A DNA stretch of 64,000 nt from assembly GCA_964521425.1 (NCBI GenBank), contig CAZFRO010000007.1:50106-114105 (forward strand), written 5' to 3'. Position numbers and translations under genes: made by a program. A model generated the notes under the pieces. The model was given only the letters and a program-made list of their open reading frames with translations. It did not search any database and was not told where the DNA came from. The DNA is from an uncultured bacterium. GTDB lineage: Bacteria; Joyebacterota; Joyebacteria; Joyebacterales; Joyebacteraceae. The stretch's first letter is position 1. Every line of letters begins with the position of its first letter. This document shows positions 1 to 9,143 of the stretch, one piece after another.

Positions 1-1709
1 CGCACCGACCCGAATCGCGACGTCGAGCGAGCCTGTGCGTCTGGCTTACGGTGCTTCTTCTGGTTGCCATCCATCCCACGTGCAGAGCAGCGGGCCGGAC
101 CATCAACCTCGCAGAGGTCGGCGTCACCGTCCTTTCCGGCGAGACAGTCGGTGAGCAGTTCGGCTACTGCCTGACCACCGGCGATCTTGCCGGGTCTGGT
201 CTTGAAATGATCATCGTCGGGGCGCCGGGTCGAGCCTCTGACGATGGATATCCTGGAGCCGGCGGTGTCTATGTATTCTCTCCGGCGGATATCGCCGCCA
301 ACGGAGGCGTCACGGCCAAGTCCGAACTTGCCACCATCGCGATCGCGGGCACTACCGCAGGCTCACGATTCGGGGCAACCGTCGCTGCGGGAGACTGGGA
401 TGGCGATGGCTCTGACGAGCTGGTGGTTGGGGCGCCTGACGACGGCCTTCCCGGCGCCATGCTCCAGGGGGCGCTCTATCTCTTCGACATCCCAGACAGT
501 GCCCGCGGGCTCCGCCTCTCGCCGGCTGATGCGCGGCTGATCATAAGAGGGACTCAGGATGCGGGACGGCTCGGGAGTTCTCTTCTGGTAGCGGACCTCA
601 ATGGCGACGGCCGTGATGAACTCATCGTCTCAGCATTCAGATCCCCTGGACCACGCGGTCGGGACGCAGGAGAGATCCATGTGCTTGATGGCGCCCTGCT
701 CATGCAGGCGACCGGCGAGATCCCTGTGGACCTGGTTGCGGGAATCCGGATAACCGGAGAGGATGCGGGAGACGGCATCCGGGGTATCGCCGTTGCCGAC
801 ACCGACGGCGATGGAGACGGCGAACTTCTTATCGGCGCCTATCTGGCAGATGGACCAGGCCGGAACCGCTTCGATGTCGGGAAGGTCTATGTGGTCGAGG
901 TCACCGAGATCTTTGCGTCGTTTGAACCTCCGGCTCCCGATTCGGTGGGCTCGGTGGAACCTGCCGACCATGGCGCGGTCGCTCCCGGCACAACCGAAAT
1001 CACGCTTCCCGACCACGCAAGCGCGATCATAACCGGGGCCGCTGGGAGAGGTTTTCTTGGACGCACGATCGCCGCTGGAGACGTCGACCTTGATGGCAAT
1101 GATGATGTACTCGTGTCAGCATATGGAGCCCGTGGTAAGGGAGACAAGGAGACCGCTGCCGGCGAGGTGTACCTGCTCTTCGGGGGTGACGACGGTCTCA
1201 CTGGAGCGCTCGATCTTGCGGACTCGGGGACGGACGGTTCATCGGGCGATGTGCGACCGCGATTCGTCGCCCGATCCAGGTGGAGTCTCTTCGGCCTCCC
1301 CCTGCTCATGGCCGACATGAACGGGGACGGACCCCAGGATCTGATCGCGGCTGCGCAGTTCGCCGGCCACGGCTCCGACCGTGGACGGTGTGGAGAAGTC
1401 TACATCTACTTCGGCAGCCTCGAATCAGTGATGGCGGCCAAGGCAGGCAGCACCGAGCATGCCGACGTGACCATTGTCGGTGCTCACGCGCTCGACTCGA
1501 TAGGCGGGGCGCTTCTGGCGGTCGACCTGACGGGATCCGGGCGCCTGGCACTCGTCATAGGGGCGCCGGATGCTACTGCTCAGAGAATCGTGGAAGAGGC
1601 AGGCGGTGACAGTATGAGGCCCGGCGACGCGGACGATGTGCTCGCCGAGAGAATCGAACGCGGTGGGAAGGTGTTTGTTGTTACGTCCGGGCTTCTCCTC
1701 GATCGCTGA
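1..1709 (+). CDS. FG-GAP (integrin-alpha-like beta-propeller) repeat protein, secreted; 5' end probably outside the window
   Basis: Repeated FG-GAP units (FGATVAAGDWDGDGSDELVVGAP, LGSSLLVADLNGDGRDELIVSA, GDVDLDGNDDVLVSA). The frame is open from the window edge through the ORF call at 51. Confidence 0.85.
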   Translation, partial: HRPESRRRASLCVWLTVLLLVAIHPTCRAAGRTINLAEVGVTVLSGETVGEQFGYCLTTGDLAGSGLEMIIVGAPGRASDDGYPGAGGVYVFSPADIAANGGVTAKSELATIAIAGTTAGSRFGATVAAGDWDGDGSDELVVGAPDDGLPGAMLQGALYLFDIPDSARGLRLSPADARLIIRGTQDAGRLGSSLLVADLNGDGRDELIVSAFRSPGPRGRDAGEIHVLDGALLMQATGEIPVDLVAGIRITGEDAGDGIRGIAVADTDGDGDGELLIGAYLADGPGRNRFDVGKVYVVEVTEIFASFEPPAPDSVGSVEPADHGAVAPGTTEITLPDHASAIITGAAGRGFLGRTIAAGDVDLDGNDDVLVSAYGARGKGDKETAAGEVYLLFGGDDGLTGALDLADSGTDGSSGDVRPRFVARSRWSLFGLPLLMADMNGDGPQDLIAAAQFAGHGSDRGRCGEVYIYFGSLESVMAAKAGSTEHADVTIVGAHALDSIGGALLAVDLTGSGRLALVIGAPDATAQRIVEEAGGDSMRPGDADDVLAERIERGGKVFVVTSGLLLDR

Positions 1710-1726
1710 AGCCCGTGCGGGCGTCC

Positions 1727-2209
1727 CTACGCGGCCTTGACTCTCTTGTCCGCATTGAAGACCTTCCAGTAGTGCTCCTCGGCCGTCCCGGCTTCATCCT
1801 CATCGAATCCCACGCGGATCATCACTCGCTCAACGAAGGCATCGGCGTCGCGCTCCTGGTTCCGCTTCTCCGCCCTCGCCAGATAGTAGTGACCCCATTC
1901 GTGCGCCACGAGGTACCAGACAGCCAGCACGACCGTCTCCGGGTCCGTACCGGTCATGTGATAGAGATTGTGGATGAAACCGAAGTCGTAGACGGGGATG
2001 ACGGCCTTGTACTCGTCATCGGTCAGCGTGACCTGCCCACCGGTGGTGTCCCAGTGGCGCAGCCGGAGCGAGCGCGAGGAGTAGCTGTCCCTGATCTTGA
2101 GCGCCTTGTAGACGAGCGTTCCGACTTGGCTGTGAACGGTCGCCATGTATCGGAATCCCGACCGCACGCGCCGGACCCACTCCACTTCACTCTTGAGCTT
2201 CTTGCTCAA
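1727..2209 (-). CDS. Small HExxH protein, ImmA/IrrE (M78)-like metallopeptidase motif
   Basis: VAHEWGH followed by ERDADAF. Start re-called at TTG 2209, downstream of a GAGGAGG RBS. Confidence 0.6.
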   Translation of the reverse strand: MSKKLKSEVEWVRRVRSGFRYMATVHSQVGTLVYKALKIRDSYSSRSLRLRHWDTTGGQVTLTDDEYKAVIPVYDFGFIHNLYHMTGTDPETVVLAVWYLVAHEWGHYYLARAEKRNQERDADAFVERVMIRVGFDEDEAGTAEEHYWKVFNADKRVKAA

Positions 2210-2288
2210 CGTCGCTCCTCCTCGCCCACAACATAGCACAGATCGCCGCCGGGAGACGGGTTGGCCTACGCAGGCGACCACAGAGAGA

Positions 2289-2314
2289 AGGGGCAGCGCA
2301 AGAGCGCCGCCCCT
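2289..2314 (-). terminator. Putative intrinsic terminator
   Basis: GC-rich stem aggggcggcgc-tctt-gcgctgcccct with a pyrimidine tail, just after the stop at 2348. Confidence 0.5.
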
Positions 2315-2347
2315 CTCTTCATCAATCCACGAGAACACTAGAACACC

Positions 2348-4138
2348 CTACTTCAGCACGACCAGCTTGCCGAAGGCAGTGAGGCCGTCGACGTTCAGTC
2401 TGGCGAAGTAGACACCGGATGCAACCTTGCCCCCGGTGTTGTCCATGCCGTCCCAGTAGGCCAGCTTGTCGCCCGCAGCCATCTGTTCGTTCACGAGCGT
2501 CCTCACCTCACGGCCGTTGATATCGTAGATGGTCATCTCAACAGCTCCGCCGCCGTTCTGGATCGAGTAGGAGATCGAAGTTCCGGCGGTGAATGGGTTC
2601 GGACTCGCCGGCTTCAGAGCGAAGACATGAGCGTCGATGTCATCGACACCCGTGTCCACCTGCTCGGCGCTGAAGAGATACTCCATATCATCGTAGTTCG
2701 TGCTGCCATTGACAACGATCATCATGATGTAGTCGAGCGTATCCCAGCCGGCAACCGTAGTATCGCCGTTACCCCACGGGTTCAGGCTGATCTCACCGAG
2801 GTGGTGGGTTCCGCCGGAGCCGAAGATGTCATCCCGCACACATAGGTCAGTCCAGTAGTCGAGCATGGCGAGCGACGGACCATCGAAGGAGAGGTGCAGA
2901 CCGGTCCAGCCGTTGCCGGGGTTACTGAACTTGATCAGGTTGTACGCCATCGCATCCGGACGCATGGCGGTGTACGGCCCGACGTCAGAGATCGGATACA
3001 TGCTGAACGTCCTGGAGGTCGCGTTGAGCGGGAAGAACTGCCCCTCCTCATAGTGACCACCATCATATCGCGCGTTCGTGAAGAAGTTCCAGATGGCGAA
3101 CTCGTGGAACTCCTCCGCGAGCGATGTCCCACGCGCCAGGAGCACGTTGTTCATGGCGACATACTCGCTCGACGTCTCCATCTCCCACCAGTTCTCGACG
3201 ATGACGTCCTCGTGGACGTTCTCGCTGAGGTAGAAATTCCAGACGCATGTTCCGTACCAGCGCATGCCGCCTGAGGGGTTGTAGTCCAGCGACTGATACG
3301 GGCTGTTGTAGTAGTAGTTTATGTAGCCCGTGTAGTCGTTGACGCTGTCGTACACGAGTTCCTCAGCCCACACCGACGTGCACTCTTTGTACCAGGTCGG
3401 CTCGTTGACATCGTGCGCGGCCTGCAGACCGTGACAGAACTCATGCGCCACAGTGATCTGGATGCACTCCGTCTGTGTGTGCCCGAATCCGCTGAAATCA
3501 TGGTTCATGACGACGAAGCTCGTGGCATCGTTGGCAGGGCCACCGGGGGCATAGTAGGTAGCCTGGCAGTACCCGAAGAGACCCGCGCCAAGATCCTGGA
3601 CGTAGATGTCGTAGAGGTCGTTCCCGCCACCACCGTCAGGGTCACTGCCGTCAGGGGGAGGTGAACGGAAGCCCATGACGTCGACCTCCTCAGTCCATGA
3701 GGTCTCTGCGGCCGTCATGATGTCATCGCGGAAACTCGTGTCCGGCCAACCATAGATCTTGTGCGCTCCCGATGTGTCGTAGTGGATGCGGAAGTGCGTG
3801 GTCTCGACATACGTCATGCACGACGGCCTCGCTCTCAGCCCACGGATCTCACCAGCGACCTCCTCAGGAAGCGTGGAGAGAACGCTCTCCAGTTCCTCGA
3901 TCGTCGGCAGCCCGCACTTCTCTATCACGCCGCCGACGTACTCGTCCGGAACGAGTTCAGGCGCGTAGACAGAGTAGGCCTTGAGAAGGTACATCTCGGC
4001 GCGATCGATCACTCCACGCTCGAAGGCGTCCGTGATCACATGGCCCGTCGTCGCCTGCTCCACATCGAGCTTGGCGGAGCTCGCGACGGCCAGGACGACC
4101 AGAATCGCCAGTGCCAGCACTGCAGTCAGCCTGCGCAT
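2348..4138 (-). CDS. Secreted zinc metalloprotease (MXAN_6640-like) with C-terminal FlgD-Ig/T9SS-type sorting domain
   Basis: Signal peptide; HFRIHY motif; TVAHEFCHG followed by WYKE; C-terminus PNPF...IYDINGREVRTL...WDG...SGVYF...KLVVLK. Confidence 0.8.
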   Translation of the reverse strand: MRRLTAVLALAILVVLAVASSAKLDVEQATTGHVITDAFERGVIDRAEMYLLKAYSVYAPELVPDEYVGGVIEKCGLPTIEELESVLSTLPEEVAGEIRGLRARPSCMTYVETTHFRIHYDTSGAHKIYGWPDTSFRDDIMTAAETSWTEEVDVMGFRSPPPDGSDPDGGGGNDLYDIYVQDLGAGLFGYCQATYYAPGGPANDATSFVVMNHDFSGFGHTQTECIQITVAHEFCHGLQAAHDVNEPTWYKECTSVWAEELVYDSVNDYTGYINYYYNSPYQSLDYNPSGGMRWYGTCVWNFYLSENVHEDVIVENWWEMETSSEYVAMNNVLLARGTSLAEEFHEFAIWNFFTNARYDGGHYEEGQFFPLNATSRTFSMYPISDVGPYTAMRPDAMAYNLIKFSNPGNGWTGLHLSFDGPSLAMLDYWTDLCVRDDIFGSGGTHHLGEISLNPWGNGDTTVAGWDTLDYIMMIVVNGSTNYDDMEYLFSAEQVDTGVDDIDAHVFALKPASPNPFTAGTSISYSIQNGGGAVEMTIYDINGREVRTLVNEQMAAGDKLAYWDGMDNTGGKVASGVYFARLNVDGLTAFGKLVVLK

Positions 4139-4199
4139 AGTTCTCCCTCCGTTTGGGGGTACTCACCCGGTATCTACGCATGTATCTTGCCAAGTATCC

Positions 4200-4228
4200 A
4201 TTGTAACACAGCATAACCCGCGAAGCAA
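4200..4228 (-). promoter_or_regulatory. Sigma70-type promoter
   Basis: TTGCTT-N17-TACAAT, with TG upstream of the -10 box, ahead of the gene starting at 4138. Confidence 0.5.
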
Positions 4229-4271
4229 GAGTTTGGGGACACGCACACTCTCCTTTGATGCAGCGACGGTG

Positions 4272-4368
4272 TATCGGTCTCCGCGGAAGGCGGGGGGCTC
4301 ATATCGGTCTCCGTGGAAGGCGCGGGGGGGCCTCTCAACCAGCGGTGCGGGGGGCCATATCGGTCTCC
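4272..4368. repeat. Three copies of TATCGGTCTCC separated by G-runs
   Basis: Copies at 4272, 4302 and 4358; the first two units match over about 28 bp. Confidence 0.8.
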
Positions 4369-4462
4369 ACCGACGGCGCGAGGGCCCACAGAGCACCCTC
4401 CGCCGAAGATGTGGGGCCGATTCAGCGATCTCCGCCGATTCCGCCGCACGACCGGCCCTCGC

Positions 4463-4491
4463 TTGACGGTCGGCGATTCCGGGCTCATAAT
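4463..4491 (+). promoter_or_regulatory. Sigma70-type promoter, probably giving a leaderless mRNA
   Basis: TTGACG-N17-CATAAT; an in-frame ATG lies 7 nt downstream at 4499. Confidence 0.55.
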
Positions 4492-4498
4492 GAGGACT

Positions 4499-5671
4499 AT
4501 GAGAGCTTCCGGAGGTGGGCCGGCAGTCGCCGGCTTCTGGCGCAACCGCGGAATTCCCCTCTTCTCGGTCATGGGAATCCGTGTGGTTGCCGATTACAGC
4601 TGGTTCCTGATAGTGGCCTTGATTGCGGGCAGCCTGAGTCTGGGCTGGTTCCCCAACGTCATCCCGGATCGGACCACCATCCAGTACGTCTCGCTCGGTC
4701 TCATCACAGCCTTCTTCTTCTTCGCTTCCGTCTTCGTGCACGAGCTGGCCCACAGTATCGTCTCTGTTCTGCACGGCATCCCGGTCAGGCGAATCACCCT
4801 CTTCCTGTTCGGAGGCATCGCCGAGATAAGCAGGGAGCCGTCGGATCCGGCAACGGAGCTGAAGATCGCGCTGGCAGGACCCGTCGTGAGCGCCGTTCTG
4901 GCGACGATCTTCTGGGGTGTCGTCATACTCTTCGGCATTGGTAGAGCGCGACCCGCCGCGCAGTTCTCATTCCTCTACCTCGCCGTCTCCAACACCTTCC
5001 TGCTGCTCTTCAATCTGCTGCCGGGACTCCCGCTTGATGGCGGACGTGTCCTGCGCGCCCTCGTCTGGCGCGCAACAGGAAACATGCGTCGTGCAACCTA
5101 CGTGGCAAGCATCGCGGGCAAGGCGCTCGCTGTGATCATGATAGCCGTTGGACTCCTTCTCATCCTCGCGACTCGTCAGATCATCAGTGGGCTCTGGCTC
5201 ATCATGATCGCAATGTTCCTCAGACAGGCCGCCGATGCGAGCTACCGTCAAGCGGTCACCAATCATGCCTCGCAGAACATCAGAGTATGCGACGTCATGA
5301 CGCGAGACGTTGTCATCGTTCAGGCGGATGCGACGCTCGCCGACCTCTTCGAGCGCAACTTCCTTCACCATCACTTCATCTGCTACCCGGTGATGAGCGC
5401 AGGTGTACTCGTGGGATACATCGGCATCAAGGATGTAGCACGTGTCGCAAGGGATGCCTGGGGACACACGAGCGTGGATGAGACCATGACGCGACTCACG
5501 CCCGAGAACGTCCTCTCTCCAACCGACACGATCGCCTATGCAATCAGCGTGATGTCGGCAGGCGGTGGTGGAAGACTAGTGGTGGTTCAGGATGGAGAGC
5601 TCTCAGGGATCGTGACGCGAGGCGACATTATGAAGGGCTTGAGAACCCGGACCGGCCCTTCATCGAAATAG
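4499..5671 (+). CDS. Site-2 protease family (M50) membrane zinc protease with CBS pair
   Basis: VFVHELAH, LFLFGG, IALAGP and FNLLPGLPLDGG motifs; C-terminal CBS domains. Confidence 0.92.
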   Translation: MRASGGGPAVAGFWRNRGIPLFSVMGIRVVADYSWFLIVALIAGSLSLGWFPNVIPDRTTIQYVSLGLITAFFFFASVFVHELAHSIVSVLHGIPVRRITLFLFGGIAEISREPSDPATELKIALAGPVVSAVLATIFWGVVILFGIGRARPAAQFSFLYLAVSNTFLLLFNLLPGLPLDGGRVLRALVWRATGNMRRATYVASIAGKALAVIMIAVGLLLILATRQIISGLWLIMIAMFLRQAADASYRQAVTNHASQNIRVCDVMTRDVVIVQADATLADLFERNFLHHHFICYPVMSAGVLVGYIGIKDVARVARDAWGHTSVDETMTRLTPENVLSPTDTIAYAISVMSAGGGGRLVVVQDGELSGIVTRGDIMKGLRTRTGPSSK

Positions 5672-5738
5672 CGCCGGGGGAAACATGTCTCACAGCGGAG
5701 GTAGCGCCGCGGGGAGACGTGTTTCGGAGCGAACGTAG
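5669..5738. repeat. Degenerate tandem duplication (~33 bp) starting at the M50 stop codon
   Basis: tagcgccg-ggggaaacatgtctcacagcggagg versus tagcgccgcggggagacgtgtttcggagcgaacg. Confidence 0.6.
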
Positions 5739-5771
5739 AGAGGGCGCACCCATGTTGGCTGCGCCCTCTCT
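5737..5771. terminator. Hairpin between convergent genes, probably a bidirectional terminator
   Basis: 12-bp inverted repeat agagagggcgca / tgcgccctctct. Confidence 0.65.
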
Positions 5772-5820
5772 CTGGATCTGATGTCTGCGGCGGCTTCTCA
5801 CCACCTTGCCGCCCGCCTTC

Positions 5821-6423
5821 CTAGCTCCCCGAGATCTCCTTGCATGCCATTCCCATGAGGACGAAATCGGACAGCTCCTGTGCTTTCGCGCCCAGGTGAT
5901 AGGAGCAGTCGGCAGCCACCCACTCGAGCACCACGTTCTGATATGCTCCGAATATCATGACCGCTGTGGCGACGGGATCGCACTCCCGGAATACCCCTGC
6001 CGAGACCCCGTCCTTCACAACACCCTCTATGATGTCCTTGTATACGCGGCTGCTCTTCTTCGCGACGGTCTTGATCATCTCCGAACTCTGCCTGAGCTGC
6101 GAGAGGAATATCGTCGCGCTCGAGGGGTTGCTCTCCATGAGCTCGAGCCCGATCGTGAGCAGGCGGCGTGTCTTGGCCTCCGGCCCGGCTACGGCGTCCA
6201 CTCCATCCTTGAGACGGTGCATGTGAGAACCAAGAAACTCTTCGAAGACCGCCACGATCAGCATTTCCTTGCTGCTGAAATAGATGTAGATCGTCCCTGC
6301 GGCGACGCCGGCCGCATCCGCGATCTCGGATGTCGTCGTCCGATGATAGCCCTTCTCGCCGAACAATCTGGCGGCGGCATTGATGATTCGTTCTCTCTTG
6401 TTTCCAACACGCTTCCTCGCCAT
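5821..6423 (-). CDS. TetR/AcrR family transcriptional regulator
   Basis: N-terminal HTH IINAAARLFGEKGY...IADAAGVAAGTIYIYFSSKE; GGAGG RBS before ATG 6423. Confidence 0.93.
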   Translation of the reverse strand: MARKRVGNKRERIINAAARLFGEKGYHRTTTSEIADAAGVAAGTIYIYFSSKEMLIVAVFEEFLGSHMHRLKDGVDAVAGPEAKTRRLLTIGLELMESNPSSATIFLSQLRQSSEMIKTVAKKSSRVYKDIIEGVVKDGVSAGVFRECDPVATAVMIFGAYQNVVLEWVAADCSYHLGAKAQELSDFVLMGMACKEISGS

Positions 6424-6579
6424 GACTCCACCTCCACTCGCAGTTGACACCGTCAAGGGCGCCCAAGTCAGAAGCCGACTGATTCCCGGTTCACTTTGTT
6501 CTGCCTACGTGAATATGCTTCAACAACAGCCTAAGCAAGAAGGCTCTCGAAGGCAAGGAGGTTCTGGAACAAAATGAAC

Positions 6580-6625
6580 TACGGTCAGCGCCCGAGGCAA
6601 GGAGATGACTCGGACACTGACCGTA
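6580..6625 (-). terminator. 17-bp RNA hairpin (terminator or stabiliser) downstream of the PKD lipoprotein gene
   Basis: On the minus strand tacggtcagtgtccgag pairs fully with ctcgggcgctgaccgta (two G-U pairs), followed by GUUCAUUUUG. Confidence 0.6.
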
Positions 6626-6694
6626 TGAATAGGCGGGGCGGGTCAACCAGGGGTCGCAGCGCGGCGAACCAAAGGAGAGGAATCGCCGTCCAGG

Positions 6695-9004
6695 CTAGTG
6701 CTTCCCGCTAGTCAGACCCTTATCCCCGCCACCGCTTCTGGGTCTCCCCCTGAGTTCCGGCTTGATGATGTCGCCGAAGTCATGGACCAGGGGAACCCCA
6801 AGCACGTAGCTGACAACGCGCGGCATCACATGACCGCTCGTCCAGTTGTTGTAGAAGCTGTGTTCCAGGGGCTGGGTGGTGACGATGACCCATCCCCCCT
6901 TGTAGTCGTACTCCACCAACGTCGGATGTCCTGCGTCGTCGACCGTGTACACGGTCGCGCCGTCCGGCAGGTTGCTGATGCCCTCGTGACTCGCGTACTG
7001 TCCGTAGAGCTCGCCCGGAAGCCCCTCAACGATCGGAGCGCCCGGCAGGGCGACGTAGTTGTACCAGGTCTCATACTCGGCAAGCTCTATGGCGCCGGGC
7101 AGGATGATGCCGGCACTCGCGATGGACCCGCCGTTCCATCCAAGATCGCACGCCTCCCAGAAGATCGTGCCTCCGCCTGAAACAAACTGGAGGAAGCGCA
7201 CCTGATTGTCAGCGTACTCATCATAGAACGACTGCGGCTGATCGTTCTGGATTATGATGAGATCCTCCCCTGGCGTAAGCGAGGCTGTTGCCATCTCCGA
7301 GGAGCCAAGGACTTCGTATTCGTTCGCGCCCGTGCCTTCTGTGAATTCCATTATCTCAAGCATCTGGTCGAGCACCGCCGGCACTTCAGGACCCCAGGGA
7401 ATCGCGTCCCTGAAGATGATGATGTGAACTGCGTTGTCCTGACTCCCACCGACGTTGACCGTGTGGACAACGGTGTCGTTGAGGCTTAGGGGGTCCTTCA
7501 CCTGCATCGCGACACTTTGCGCCCCTGCCTCCGCGAAGACGTGCTGCATCACCTTTTGTGTATCCCAATCGGTATCCCACTCACCGTCGTTGTCCCAGTC
7601 CCAGCGCACCTCGAGATCGACGGTCTCATCGTCAGGGTCGGTTGATGCCAGAGCGCTGAGTGAGAATGTAGATCCGGCCATCGCGAACGGTGGGCTCACC
7701 GTGAACACGGCCGTCGGCGGAGAGTGTGAGTCCACGTAGCTCATCACTCCGTCGAGTTGTGTGATCCGCTGCTGCTCCTGGGGGGTCTGCGTTACCATGC
7801 GCGAGATAAGGGGCACTCGCGTCTCGCCTGCGGCTATCACTTCTGTCGAGAACGTGATACCGGACATGAGCCGGCTCAAGGCCTCTATGTAGTCCGCACA
7901 GTCAGCGCTCGGGCCCTCCCAGAACCAGGACGCGACCGCGTCGCTGTCTTGAGAGATGTTATCCAGAAGCACGTTGATGAAGCCGTATGTATCGTGTGCC
8001 GCCGTGCTCGATCCGAGTCTGTTGTCCCATCCGGAGAGATCAAGGTCCGCCGAGTCATGCTCGACGACTACGCCTGATCCCACTGCGACCATCTCGGCGA
8101 TCGCCCGGCACGTGTTCATCACGGTTGCGAGACCGTCTGCAGTCTGGGGTTCGAAGGATCTGAAACTCGCGCTTGTGAGGGTCACGTCGTATGTGCCGTC
8201 GCCCAGATCGGGAGAACTTCGCGTTACGCTCGTGACATCAACGAGAGGCGGCCAGCCGGCCGAGATTCTCACCTTCTCTCTCGCCGAGTCGACGAGAACT
8301 AGAAGCGAGTCGGCGCTCCCAACGGTCTTGAAGACCGACGTGTAGTAGATAGGATCCCGGTTCACCCATGTGACGCTGCCGCCTGCCATGTCCTCGAGCC
8401 ACGGATCCGACAGTGGAAGAGGATTGACCGTCCCGTCGTCGAGCGCATCCACGACGACCACACATGCCGCCTGCACGATCTCCGGCACTAGTTCGCTTGT
8501 CAGCGACCCGCCCGACGCGTTCGCGAGAACGGTCTCTATTGAGGTGACAAGGCGATCCCAGTCGTTCTTCTCCATCACCGATCCGGCCAGCGACGCACGG
8601 TCGCCGGATGAGAACAGGACAGTGAACGGATTGAGCATCGCCAACGCTGTTGCGGTTGATGCGGCATCAACAGTGATCGCATCGTCGGTCGATCCTACAT
8701 AGGCGAGCACAAGCGGGATTCCGCCTGGATCCACCACAATGAGAACCTGATGGGAATCGGTGTCGGGGATGAGGACGGTGAACGTCCCGTCCGACGCCAG
8801 GGTCGCGCCCTCGGCGAACGACAGGATCGTGAACTCCGCGAGGTCAACTCGAGACCCTTCCGGCAGCTCCACGGTTCCGTGGAGAGTCCGGGTTGGTATG
8901 ACACCCCCATCTTGGGGATCGGAGGGACCGACCGTGCTTGAGCATGAAACAAGCAGAAGCGCGATCCCGAGAACGACAGCGGTCAGAGTTCTGGCATTCC
9001 TCAT
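6695..9004 (-). CDS. Large lipoprotein with a PKD domain
   Basis: Lipobox LLVSC; PKD-like segment PTAVFTVSP...STDPD...RWDWDNDGEWDT; start re-called at ATG 9004 after a GAGGGG RBS. Confidence 0.75.
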   Translation of the reverse strand: MRNARTLTAVVLGIALLLVSCSSTVGPSDPQDGGVIPTRTLHGTVELPEGSRVDLAEFTILSFAEGATLASDGTFTVLIPDTDSHQVLIVVDPGGIPLVLAYVGSTDDAITVDAASTATALAMLNPFTVLFSSGDRASLAGSVMEKNDWDRLVTSIETVLANASGGSLTSELVPEIVQAACVVVVDALDDGTVNPLPLSDPWLEDMAGGSVTWVNRDPIYYTSVFKTVGSADSLLVLVDSAREKVRISAGWPPLVDVTSVTRSSPDLGDGTYDVTLTSASFRSFEPQTADGLATVMNTCRAIAEMVAVGSGVVVEHDSADLDLSGWDNRLGSSTAAHDTYGFINVLLDNISQDSDAVASWFWEGPSADCADYIEALSRLMSGITFSTEVIAAGETRVPLISRMVTQTPQEQQRITQLDGVMSYVDSHSPPTAVFTVSPPFAMAGSTFSLSALASTDPDDETVDLEVRWDWDNDGEWDTDWDTQKVMQHVFAEAGAQSVAMQVKDPLSLNDTVVHTVNVGGSQDNAVHIIIFRDAIPWGPEVPAVLDQMLEIMEFTEGTGANEYEVLGSSEMATASLTPGEDLIIIQNDQPQSFYDEYADNQVRFLQFVSGGGTIFWEACDLGWNGGSIASAGIILPGAIELAEYETWYNYVALPGAPIVEGLPGELYGQYASHEGISNLPDGATVYTVDDAGHPTLVEYDYKGGWVIVTTQPLEHSFYNNWTSGHVMPRVVSYVLGVPLVHDFGDIIKPELRGRPRSGGGDKGLTSGKH

Positions 9005-9085
9005 TACACACCCCCTCATCACATGCCTGGAGAAGCCCCAATGGGGGCCTACATGGGCATTTCGTTGCAAGGGGTGTTCCAGAAA

Positions 9086-9116
9086 GACCGGCTCCCCCAT
9101 CAAGGGAGAGCCGGTC
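9086..9116 (-). terminator. Intrinsic terminator
   Basis: Inverted repeat gaccggctccc...gggagagccggtc followed by a U-rich tail on the minus strand, after the stop at 9144. Confidence 0.6.
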
Positions 9117-9143
9117 ATGAAGTGCGTAAGTTGTTGTCTGTCG

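Noticed and set aside
4272-4368. Possible mini CRISPR array
   Set aside because: The conserved core is only 11 bp, spacing is irregular (30 and 56 bp), the intervening sequences resemble each other, and no cas genes are present.
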